Shown here: positions 19,136 to 27,133 of the stretch, piece after piece | How positions within the stretch are numbered: the stretch's first letter is position 1 | Layout of the letters: the number at the start of each line of letters is the position of its first letter | Assembly (NCBI GenBank): GCA_003221825.1 | Contig: QHUE01000087.1 | Coordinates: 1-34,308 of the forward strand | DNA from: Gemmatimonadota bacterium | GTDB taxonomy: Bacteria > Gemmatimonadota > Gemmatimonadetes > Gemmatimonadales > GWC2-71-9 | DNA length: 34,308 bases | Reading direction: 5' to 3' | Notes under the pieces: generated by a model | What the model saw: only the letters and a program-made list of their open reading frames with translations | What the model was told of the DNA's origin: nothing | The model's database searches: none | Translations under genes and position numbers: made by a program

Positions 19136-20112
19136 GGCACGCGCACCGCGAACGTCCCCGCGAGGACCAGTTCCAGCGCGAGCGCGAGCAGCCCGATCCC
19201 GAGCGGCCAGCGATACGCCTCCTCGAAACGATGATAGACGAGATGTTGCACCGGCGTCTTCTCGAGCCGGTTGATCTCGCTGAAGATGTTCGACAACGAT
19301 GTGGCGTCCGTCGCGCGGAAGTAGCGCCCGCCCGTCGTGCGAGCGACCTCGCTGAGCAGCTGTTCGTCGATCTGCACCGGCATCGTCTCGTACCGCAGGC
19401 CGAGCGGTCCACGCCCCGTGGGCACGGGCGCCTCACCCTGACTCCCGACGCCGATCGTGTAGATCTTGATCCCGAACGCGGCCGCGGCCTGCGCCGCGGT
19501 GCGGGGATCCACGATGCCCTTGTTGTTCACGCCGTCCGTCAACAGCACCACGACCTTGCTCTTGCCGGGAGCACGGCGCAGCCGGTTGGCGCTGGTGGCG
19601 ATCGCGGTGCCGATCGCCGTGCCATCCTCCAGGATGCCTACGCGCACCTGCCGGATCGCCTCTTCGAGCACCTCGTAGTCGGTGGTGATCGGCACCTGGG
19701 TCAGCGCTTGCCCCGCGAACGCGACGAGCCCGATGCGATCGGAAGAGCGCGCGCGGACGAATTCCGTGGCCGTGCGGCGCGCCACATCGAGCCGGTTTGC
19801 GGGCGAGAAGTCTTCCGCCAGCATGCTGCTCGAGATATCCAGCGTCAGCACGATCGAGATGCCCTCGCTGCGCAGCTCGGCGCGCGCCGACCCCAGCCGC
19901 AGCCCCGCGGCGGCGATGATCCAGGCGGCGAGACAGACCGAGCGCAGCGTGACGGGGAGCCGCGCGATCCAGAGGCGCTCCGCCGGTCCCATCGCGGGGC
20001 GTACGTCGCTCATCGGCGCTCCGGCGAGACGCGCCAGCCGCTGCCGCCGCCACCACCACCACAAGGGCAGCGCGACCAGCAGCACCAGCAGCACGGGACG
20101 CGCGAAGCTCAT
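19132..20112 (-). CDS. batA: BatA-like VWA domain membrane protein
   Basis: N-terminal TM and VWA MIDAS (IVLTLDISSSM...GTAIGTAI...VLLTDGVNN). Also IYTIGVG and a C-terminal TM. 326 aa. Confidence 0.85.
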   Translation of the reverse strand: MSFARPVLLVLLVALPLWWWWRRQRLARLAGAPMSDVRPAMGPAERLWIARLPVTLRSVCLAAWIIAAAGLRLGSARAELRSEGISIVLTLDISSSMLAEDFSPANRLDVARRTATEFVRARSSDRIGLVAFAGQALTQVPITTDYEVLEEAIRQVRVGILEDGTAIGTAIATSANRLRRAPGKSKVVVLLTDGVNNKGIVDPRTAAQAAAAFGIKIYTIGVGSQGEAPVPTGRGPLGLRYETMPVQIDEQLLSEVARTTGGRYFRATDATSLSNIFSEINRLEKTPVQHLVYHRFEEAYRWPLGIGLLALALELVLAGTFAVRVP

Positions 20113-20942
20113 CGCCGCGCTCCGTTGCCGTGCAGCTCGCGCGCGAGGGCGCGCGCCCGCGCCGCGAGCGGCGCGACTTCCACACCGTGCGCCGTCGCAA
20201 ACGCCACCTGATCGAGTGCCACGAGAAGCTCACGCAAGTCGCGGAGCGGCGCGTCCGGCCGGGCGCGCTCGAGCGCCGCCAGACATTCCTCCGTGCTCAG
20301 CGCCTCATGCGCATCGGGGACGGCATGCGCGACCGCGCGCCGCAGCCGCTGCGCCGCGCGCGCGGCGACCGCTTTCGGCTCTCCGGCGGCGAGCCAGCGC
20401 GCGTCCGCAACCTCGGGGTCCACCGCCAGGCCGGCGCCGGCGGCCACGACGCGCGGTCCCCGCCGCCGCCACGCGATGAGGAGCAGCAGCGTGCCACCCG
20501 CCAGGAGCAGGGCAGCAATCACCGGAATCGGACTCGATCGATCGAGCCGCAGCGGCCCCAGGGAGGGCTGTGGCGCGGGCGCCCGCACGCTGTCGGGGAT
20601 GACGCTCGCGACGTGGAAGGTCGCCGTGCCGCCCGCGAGGGAATCCGCCGTGCCATCAGGACCGAGTCGCCAGAGCGGCGGCATGTCCAGGGTGATCTCG
20701 CCCGGCGTCCAGGCGACGACCGCGTAGCGCACGACCCAATTGCCGGACGATGCCACCACGACCGCGTCGCCCAGGGGCTCGGCCACCGTCGCCGACGCGA
20801 GCCGGCCGGCTCGGATGCGCCATCCGGGCGGCGCCGTGACGGTGCGCTCGAGTTGAATGGTGTCGCCGACCGTCGGCCGACTCGGCGCGGCGATCCAACC
20901 GTTCGCCTGGACGACGAGCACGAACAGCGCCGGCGCGATCAT
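20109..20942 (-). CDS. single-pass membrane protein of the Bat operon (DUF4381-like C-terminal half with an extra N-terminal beta-rich region)
   Basis: Start chosen at ATG 20942 (ATGA overlap with the DUF58 stop): MIAPALFVLVVQANG.... TM helix PVIAALLLAGGTLLLLIAW, then a helical tail. The position between DUF58 and batA matches the usual small TM gene of these operons. Family assignment is by position and architecture only. Confidence 0.6.
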   Translation of the reverse strand: MIAPALFVLVVQANGWIAAPSRPTVGDTIQLERTVTAPPGWRIRAGRLASATVAEPLGDAVVVASSGNWVVRYAVVAWTPGEITLDMPPLWRLGPDGTADSLAGGTATFHVASVIPDSVRAPAPQPSLGPLRLDRSSPIPVIAALLLAGGTLLLLIAWRRRGPRVVAAGAGLAVDPEVADARWLAAGEPKAVAARAAQRLRRAVAHAVPDAHEALSTEECLAALERARPDAPLRDLRELLVALDQVAFATAHGVEVAPLAARARALARELHGNGARR

Positions 20943-21880
20943 CGACTCAGCCGGCGGGCTCGCTCGGCGAAGGCGCGGCGCAGCGGCACGCCGTACGGCA
21001 CCGTCGTGAGCAGCGCCACGCGATCCACGCCGGCCTGCACGAGCTTGCGGCTGCGCTCCTGCTGCATTCGCTCGGCGGCGACACGGATGCGCGTACGCGT
21101 GGGCGCGTGGCTCGTATCCACGAGGAGACGCTGCCCCGTCTCCGCGTCTTCGAGCTCCACCCACCCGGCATCCGGGAGATCGTATTCCCGCGGATCGTCG
21201 ATCGTGATCGCGACGACTTCGTGGCGCGCGGCGAGTTGGTTGAGCGGGTCCTCCCAATCTGCGGCCCGGAAATCCGAGAGGACGACGACGATGGCGCGGT
21301 GCCGCAGCAGCTTCGCGGCATAGGTCAGCGCTCCGCCGAGGTTGGTGCCGCGGCCGCGGGGCGCGAACGCCACGAGGTCGCGGATGACGCGGAGCGCGTG
21401 GGCGCGGCCCTTCGCGGGTCGCACCACGTACTCCGGAGCGTCGGCGAAGAGCAGCGCACCGACGCGGTCGTTGTGTCGCGCGGCGGCGAGTGCCAACACG
21501 GCGGCGACTTCCACCGCCAGACCGGCTTTGGTATAGGGGCGACCGAAATGCAGCGATCCGGATTGATCTACGATGAGGAGCAGTGTGAGCTCACGCTCTT
21601 CCATGAACGTCTTGACGAAGGGATGGCCCATCCGCGCCGAGACGTTCCAGTCGATGGCCCGGAAGTCATCGCCCTGCTGATAGGCGCGGACCTCGGCGAA
21701 CTCGATGCCCTGCCCGCGGAAAACCGACCGGTACTCGCCGGTGAACAGCGTATTGACCAGGCTGCGGGCGCGGAGCTCGATCCCCTTGACGTGCCGGAGC
21801 ACCTCCGCGGTCACGCCCCGCCGGCGCGCCCGGACCGGGGAGCTCGTGCCGCGCCGACGATCCTTGCCTTCGAATGTCAC
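20939..21880 (-). CDS. DUF58 family protein (MoxR-associated, VWA-like)
   Basis: GEYRSVFRGQGIEFAEVRAYQQGDDFRAIDWNVSAR and LLLIVDQSGS are typical of DUF58 proteins that follow moxR. GTGA overlap with the moxR stop. Confidence 0.85.
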   Translation of the reverse strand: MTFEGKDRRRGTSSPVRARRRGVTAEVLRHVKGIELRARSLVNTLFTGEYRSVFRGQGIEFAEVRAYQQGDDFRAIDWNVSARMGHPFVKTFMEERELTLLLIVDQSGSLHFGRPYTKAGLAVEVAAVLALAAARHNDRVGALLFADAPEYVVRPAKGRAHALRVIRDLVAFAPRGRGTNLGGALTYAAKLLRHRAIVVVLSDFRAADWEDPLNQLAARHEVVAITIDDPREYDLPDAGWVELEDAETGQRLLVDTSHAPTRTRIRVAAERMQQERSRKLVQAGVDRVALLTTVPYGVPLRRAFAERARRLSR

Positions 21881-22851
21881 GGCACTCCCACGGCCTCCAG
21901 GATGCGCGCGATCACCTGATCGGCGGTCATATCCTCGGCCTCGGCCTCGAAGGTCAGCAGCACGCGGTGGCGGAGCACGTCGAACGCCATCGCCTTCACG
22001 TCCTCCGGAACCACGAACGCCCGGCCGCGGAGATACGCGTGCGCGCGCGCGGCCTGGGCGAGGTAGATCGAGGCGCGCGGCGAGGCGCCGAAGGCGATCA
22101 GCGGCTTGAGCTCCGGCAAGCCGATCGCCTGCGGCTCGCGGGTCGCGCGCACCGCGTCCACGATGTAGTCGACGACCTTCTGATCCATGAACAGCTCGGC
22201 AATCGCGCTGCGCGCGGCCAGGATGTCATCCGCCTCGGCGACCCGCTGCACATCGATGGGCCGGCCCGACGCCATCCGTCCCACGATCTCCTTCTCCGCG
22301 TCGCGCGACGGATAGCCGACGCGCACCTTCAGCATGAAGCGGTCGAGCTGCGCCTCCGGGAGGGGATAGGTGCCTTCGTGCTCGATCGGGTTTTGCGTCG
22401 CGAGCACGAGGAACGGCTCGCCGAGAAAGAAGGTCTCGCCGCCGATTGTCACCTGCTTCTCCTGCATCGCTTCGAGCAGCGCCGACTGCACCTTGGCGGG
22501 CGCGCGGTTGATTTCGTCGGCGAGGACCAGGTTCGCGAACAGCGGCCCCTTCTTCGGATAGAACTCCTGCGAACGCTGGTCGAAGACCATCGTCCCGATC
22601 ACGTCGGCGGGCAGCAAGTCAGGCGTGAACTGGATCCGCGAAAAGCTGATCCGCAGGCACTCGGCGACGGTCCGAACGGCGAGGGTCTTGGCGAGTCCCG
22701 GCACGCCCTCGAGCAGGATGTGACCCCCGGTGAGCAAGCCGATCAGCAGCCGCTCGACCATGACCTCCTGACCGACGATGCGCTTCGCCACCTCGCGGGT
22801 AATGCTCTGCGCCAGCGCCGCGTCGCTCGTCTTGGCTGCCCGGGTCGTCAT
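21877..22851 (-). CDS. moxR: MoxR-family AAA+ ATPase
   Basis: GHILLEGVPGLAKT (Walker A), VLADEINRAPAKVQSALLEAMQE (Walker B/sensor), ATQNPIEHEGTYPLPEAQLDRF. 324 aa. Confidence 0.92.
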   Translation of the reverse strand: MTTRAAKTSDAALAQSITREVAKRIVGQEVMVERLLIGLLTGGHILLEGVPGLAKTLAVRTVAECLRISFSRIQFTPDLLPADVIGTMVFDQRSQEFYPKKGPLFANLVLADEINRAPAKVQSALLEAMQEKQVTIGGETFFLGEPFLVLATQNPIEHEGTYPLPEAQLDRFMLKVRVGYPSRDAEKEIVGRMASGRPIDVQRVAEADDILAARSAIAELFMDQKVVDYIVDAVRATREPQAIGLPELKPLIAFGASPRASIYLAQAARAHAYLRGRAFVVPEDVKAMAFDVLRHRVLLTFEAEAEDMTADQVIARILEAVGVP

Positions 22852-24458
22852 CGCAGTGACGCTTCCGCCGCGCGCTTCACCGTCGGCTCTTTGTCTCGTG
22901 CGTAGAGTTCGAGCAACGCTTTCGCCTCCATTCGGTCCAGTCGCGCCAATCCCTCGATTGCCGCCGCGCGCACGAACGGTGTGCGCCGGGGTTTGCCACC
23001 CGGCTCCGCAAACTTCGCCAGTATCTCCAACGCCTCTGTGGCGCCGAGCTGGCCGATGGCTTTGAGCAACGCAGCCAATACCCCTTCGTCTTTCTCCTGC
23101 TCCAGCCGCCGCACCAGCACGGTCGTCGCCCCCGCGTCCCCCGCCGCGGCGACCGCGCGGGCCGCCGCCGTCCGCACCAGCACCGATTCGTCCTTGAGCG
23201 CGGGCATCGCGGGGCGCCCGATCTCCCGCCCGCCCAGCTCCGCGAGGCCGAGCAACGCCGCTTCGCGCACGCGCTCATCGGCGTGATGCGTGAGGCGGAT
23301 CAACGACTGGGCAACCTCCGGACTGCCGCTCAAACCCAGAAACTCTGCCGCCGCCGCGACGACCTCGGGAACCTTGCTCTCGATCCGACTCAGCAGCAGC
23401 TCCACGGTTCGCTCACCGGCTGCCCGCATCGCGGCGCGATAGGCTTCGCGCAGCTCCGGCAGTGCGTGGAGATACGCGTCCACCACGTGTCCCGCCGAGA
23501 CCGCCCCCAACGCGCCGACCGCGCTCACCAGATGGGCGCGCTCGGCGGGCGGTACGCGAGTCGCGCCGAGCCGCGCCACCATACGCTCCACTATAGCGTC
23601 GTCCGCAAGCGCTCCCGCGACCTCGCCGATCGCCTCCTGAATCTCGGGATCTTGAATCTTGCCGAGGGAGCGATCGAGCCCCGCAACGACCTCCGCCACC
23701 GCGCCAATATCGCGCAACGCGATCACGTCCGGTGTGAGCTTGCGCAGTTTCTCGATAATCGTGCGCTGATCTTCCGGTCGCGACGCGGCTTGCAACGCTA
23801 AGACGGCTCGGCGTGCCTCGACGTCGGGCGGCAGCGCATCCGGCCGGAACGCACCACTCGCGCGACTGGGTCCAACCGTTGCGGTTGGGCTCCACGCTAC
23901 TGGTCCCGGTCCGGGAGGCGGGGGCGGGGGCGGGGGGGACGGGGGGGGCGGCGGCGGCGGCGACGGCGACGGCGCTTCAGCGACACCGGGCGGCGAGGCG
24001 GCGGCGATAGGCTCCGTTGCCGGCGGCACTTCGCCAAGGGCGCGCGATGCCGATAGCCGCTGGCTCGCGCGGCGGCCCAGGAGCACGGTGATGCGGCCCA
24101 GGACCGCGTCATCGGGCGCGACGTTGCCCATGGCGACGCCGAACAAACCGAGCCACTGCTCCGGCGTGACGCCGGGATTGACCTGAATGGCGCGAATGCC
24201 GCGCGCGAACAACAGGCCCGCGAGCTCGGCGACCTGCGTGTTGCGCGGCAGCAGGTGCTGCCCGTGCCAGTGCAAACCCGTCGCGCCAATCTTCCATTCT
24301 ACCGTCCCGAGCGCGGCGAGCGCCGGCAGCGACGCGGTGATCTGGCGCATCGCTTCCAGCACCGCTGGATGCGACGGCGGATAGAGCCGCGTCAAGCGGA
24401 ATGTCGTGCCGATCGCGCCCAGCGCACGGTCCACTGCTCCAGTGTCGATCGCCATCAT
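22848..24458 (-). CDS. sensor-like N-domain / poly-proline linker / HEAT-repeat protein
   Basis: Start preferred at ATG 24458 (1 nt overlap with the upstream stop, TGATG). N-domain TFRLTRLYPPSHPAVLEAM.... Linker PSPSPPPPPPPSPPPPPPPPGPGP. C-terminal HEAT-like units (HADERVREAALLGLAELG, DESVLVRTAAARAVAAAG, TPFVRAAAIEGLARL). ATGA overlap with the moxR start. Confidence 0.7.
   Translation of the reverse strand: MMAIDTGAVDRALGAIGTTFRLTRLYPPSHPAVLEAMRQITASLPALAALGTVEWKIGATGLHWHGQHLLPRNTQVAELAGLLFARGIRAIQVNPGVTPEQWLGLFGVAMGNVAPDDAVLGRITVLLGRRASQRLSASRALGEVPPATEPIAAASPPGVAEAPSPSPPPPPPPSPPPPPPPPGPGPVAWSPTATVGPSRASGAFRPDALPPDVEARRAVLALQAASRPEDQRTIIEKLRKLTPDVIALRDIGAVAEVVAGLDRSLGKIQDPEIQEAIGEVAGALADDAIVERMVARLGATRVPPAERAHLVSAVGALGAVSAGHVVDAYLHALPELREAYRAAMRAAGERTVELLLSRIESKVPEVVAAAAEFLGLSGSPEVAQSLIRLTHHADERVREAALLGLAELGGREIGRPAMPALKDESVLVRTAAARAVAAAGDAGATTVLVRRLEQEKDEGVLAALLKAIGQLGATEALEILAKFAEPGGKPRRTPFVRAAAIEGLARLDRMEAKALLELYARDKEPTVKRAAEASLR
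23913..23948 (+). repeat. G-run cluster (G3, G5, G5, G7, G8), a G-quadruplex-type motif that encodes the poly-Pro linker on the opposite strand
   Basis: Plus strand reads gggaggcgggggcgggggcgggggggacgggggggg. Five G-runs are separated by 1-4 nt. Confidence 0.6.
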
Positions 24459-26116
24459 CACCGTTTGATCCGCGTTCCTTTGTCTTCGACCGTAAAGACC
24501 CACGTGGCGAACCGCGACGGCTCGATCCGTTCATCTGGATCGATCGCGTTCCAGTCCATGTCGCTGCCCGATCCTTGTGGCCCGGCCGCGCGCGCCTCGC
24601 CCTGGCGCACCATTTCGCCCGCGCGCGTGACCCAGATGCCAAAGTGCTCCGGCCGGAGATCCACCCAGCCGCGCGGCGCCACCTGGAGCGGGTCGCCGGG
24701 ACCTGGCGCCACGACAACCGTGCTGCCACGAAACACGCGCTTGCCGTCGGGCAAGACGATCGGCAATCCCACTGAGATAATGTGCTGCCGTAATGCCGCG
24801 TCGGCTTCCAGGAGTCGCTGCGCGGCGGCGGCGAGCTCCGCCGGCCGGCTCCCCGCCAGAGCACGGACGCTGGGCCGCAGCCGGCCGCATAAGTAGGCCT
24901 CGTACAAGAGTTTGGTCAGGCGGGGCGGGCCCAGCATTTCGTACGCCACACCACGGGCGCCATGGTCCGCTTCGAGGGCCCGCAGGCGGCTCACCGCGTT
25001 CCGGCGCAACAGGCCCGCCCGGTACGTTGGGCCCGCCGTCGATGCGTCGAGCGCCGCGACGATGTCCTTCCCCGTCGGCCGTCCCTGGAGCTCCATGATG
25101 ACGTAATCGGCGACCTCCTCGGGCGTTATGAACTCCATTTGCCCCAGCGCGGTGACCGTCTCGAACTCGTCGCGCGCGAACAAGCCGTTCTCACCGACGT
25201 CGATGTACACACCGTCGAGTGGCCGGCCGAGATCACGCCACGGCGCCGCACCGGGTTGAAATGCTTCATTCACCGGGACGGGATGCTCACAGTCCACGAG
25301 CGGGATGGGCTTGCCCTTGCGGCGCACCGGCCCATGCGCGACTTCACGCCAGGCGATCGTCGCGGTCGGCTTGATCTCCACGGTGATCGGTGCGTCGGGC
25401 GTCCGGCCGAGCAGAAACAGCAGCATCGAATGCGCCCCCGCGATCGCCGACTTCGTCAACAGCGTGGCGCTGGGCCGCTCCTCCGAATGCGTGTAGGGAA
25501 TGTTGAACCCCATCCCGCCGGTGCCGCTGGTCCCGATCTTCACGTACGCCTGCGTACCGGCCCGCCGCAGCGCTTCCGTGATGATCTGCGCGTGCCGAAT
25601 CAGCTGTGGCATCGGCAAACGCAACAGATGCTGCTCGATCGCCGCACGATCGTTCCCTGCCCCGCCATCGTGTGCGCGGTCGAGCAAGGTGCGCGCGCTG
25701 TGAAACACGTCCTGATACGCAAACGCGGTCGCGGTATTGATGCTATCCACGACCGCGTCGGGTTTGTAGCGGACCAACAGTCGAAACAAGAGGTTGCGCT
25801 CCAGGACGCCGTCGGTGAGATCGCCGAGCAGATCGCCGAGCACGAGCGCGCGATGCTCGGGCGTCGCCATGATCGTGCCGATGTCGACCCGCGCGACCGT
25901 CGCCGGCATGAACACGTTGCCCCATTCGACGTCGATCGTCACGGCGCCGCGGTAAGGCTCGAGCGCACGCGCGGCGGCGCGCACTTCATCCTCGAACAGC
26001 GCGACGAGCACGAGGCGGCGCGGCGGGGGCGTCGCCGCCAGGACCCGCCGCGCCACGGCGTGGCCGACGAGGCCGCTCCCACCCAGCAGCATCACCGTCC
26101 GGTCAGCGAGGTCCAT
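24458..26116 (-). CDS. NAD(P)-binding Rossmann-fold protein with large uncharacterised C-terminal region
   Basis: 552-aa ORF. The N-terminus VMLLGGSGLVGHAVARRV is a GxGxxG dinucleotide-binding motif. Conserved-looking blocks DAVVDSINTATAFAY and KIGTSGTGGMGFNIPYTHSE. I cannot place the family. Protein-like composition throughout. Confidence 0.7.
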   Translation of the reverse strand: MDLADRTVMLLGGSGLVGHAVARRVLAATPPPRRLVLVALFEDEVRAAARALEPYRGAVTIDVEWGNVFMPATVARVDIGTIMATPEHRALVLGDLLGDLTDGVLERNLLFRLLVRYKPDAVVDSINTATAFAYQDVFHSARTLLDRAHDGGAGNDRAAIEQHLLRLPMPQLIRHAQIITEALRRAGTQAYVKIGTSGTGGMGFNIPYTHSEERPSATLLTKSAIAGAHSMLLFLLGRTPDAPITVEIKPTATIAWREVAHGPVRRKGKPIPLVDCEHPVPVNEAFQPGAAPWRDLGRPLDGVYIDVGENGLFARDEFETVTALGQMEFITPEEVADYVIMELQGRPTGKDIVAALDASTAGPTYRAGLLRRNAVSRLRALEADHGARGVAYEMLGPPRLTKLLYEAYLCGRLRPSVRALAGSRPAELAAAAQRLLEADAALRQHIISVGLPIVLPDGKRVFRGSTVVVAPGPGDPLQVAPRGWVDLRPEHFGIWVTRAGEMVRQGEARAAGPQGSGSDMDWNAIDPDERIEPSRFATWVFTVEDKGTRIKR

Positions 26117-26588
26117 GGAGTCGCTCGATCGCGTCGATCTCCTGCCGGGTGAGCTCCCGCCAATGGCCCTCGGCCAGCTTCCCGAGCCGGACGGGGCCGT
26201 AGGACACGCGGTGCAGCCATTCGACTTTGAGGCCCAAAGCTTCCGCGACGCGGCGCACGATCCGCTGCCGCCCTTCCGCCAGCGTCAGCTCGATCTCGAC
26301 CGACTTCCCCTGCGGCCGCACGCGCGACTCGACGACGCGCACGGCCCGGCCGTCGATCACGATGCGTTGCGCGAGCGCCGCGCGCACACCGGCGGCATCG
26401 GCACCATGCACCCCGAGCCAGTAGGTGCGCGGCACCTCGTAGCGTTGGGAGTCGAGATCGACGCTCATCCCGATCGCGGCCGTCGCGCCATCGACGCGCA
26501 CGCGGCCCGCGCGGATCAGATCTTCCGCCTTGCGGCGTGATGCGACGCCCGCGCGCGCCAGGGCGCGCTGCAGGCGCATCAGGGTCAT
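26103..26588 (-). CDS. RsuA/RluB-type pseudouridine synthase remnant (S4 domain plus C-terminal half; catalytic core missing)
   Basis: From ATG 26588 (ATGA overlap with the scpB stop), 161 aa. S4 domain MRLQRALARAGVASRRKAEDLIRAGRVRVDG runs directly into YEVPRTYWLGVHG...LTLAEGRQRIVRRVAEALGLKVEWLHRVSYGPVRLGKL. No (G)RLD catalytic Asp motif is present. Confidence 0.75.
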   Translation of the reverse strand: MTLMRLQRALARAGVASRRKAEDLIRAGRVRVDGATAAIGMSVDLDSQRYEVPRTYWLGVHGADAAGVRAALAQRIVIDGRAVRVVESRVRPQGKSVEIELTLAEGRQRIVRRVAEALGLKVEWLHRVSYGPVRLGKLAEGHWRELTRQEIDAIERLHGPR

Positions 26589-27133
26589 TCGGGTTCGTCG
26601 ACGGGCGTGGGGCGCCGGAGAGCCACCGACAGCTCCTCGAGCCGCGGCAAGTCCTCCAGGTCCTTCAATCCGAGGATCTCCAGAAACGGCGGCGTGGTCC
26701 CGTACAGCAGCGGGCGGCCAAGCCCTTCGCCGCGCGTCACGACTTCGATGAGGCCGCGCTCCACCAGCTTGTCCATGACGGCGCCCGAGTCGACGCCGCG
26801 GATCTCGTCCACTTCGAGCCGGCCGACCGGCTGGCGATAGGCGATGATCGCGAGCGTCTCGAGTGCGGCCGGGGACAGCCGCCGCGGCCGCAGCGCAAAT
26901 TGCGCGCGCGCGATCGTTTCGGCGTACTCGCGGCGCGTCAGGAACTGCCACCCCTCGGCGATCTCGACCAGCTCGACGCCATGGTCGTCGGCGTACACCA
27001 ACCGCAGGGCGGCAAGGGCGGCACGGACGGCATGTTCGCCGGCGGTTGGATCCAATGACGCGAGCTCCTCGAGCGTGAGGGGGCGCGAGGCAGCGAACAG
27101 CGCGGCTTCAAGCAGCTTCGCGAGGGATTGCAC
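26585..27133 (-). CDS. scpB: segregation and condensation protein B
   Basis: LEAALFAASRPLTLEEL, GVELVEIAEGWQF, LSPAALETLAIIAYRQPVGRLEVDEIRGVDS, LVERGLIE, GRPLLYGTT. 182 aa, GTG start. Confidence 0.9.
   Translation of the reverse strand: MQSLAKLLEAALFAASRPLTLEELASLDPTAGEHAVRAALAALRLVYADDHGVELVEIAEGWQFLTRREYAETIARAQFALRPRRLSPAALETLAIIAYRQPVGRLEVDEIRGVDSGAVMDKLVERGLIEVVTRGEGLGRPLLYGTTPPFLEILGLKDLEDLPRLEELSVALRRPTPVDEPE

Noticed and set aside
24962-26152. 396-aa plus-strand ORF. Similar long plus-strand ORFs occur at 1783..2841, 6696..7724, 18008..19234, 20130..21323 and 21874..22905.
   Set aside because: All lie antisense to well-supported minus-strand genes. All show the same Arg/Gly/Pro-rich shadow composition and none has a plausible RBS or start context.
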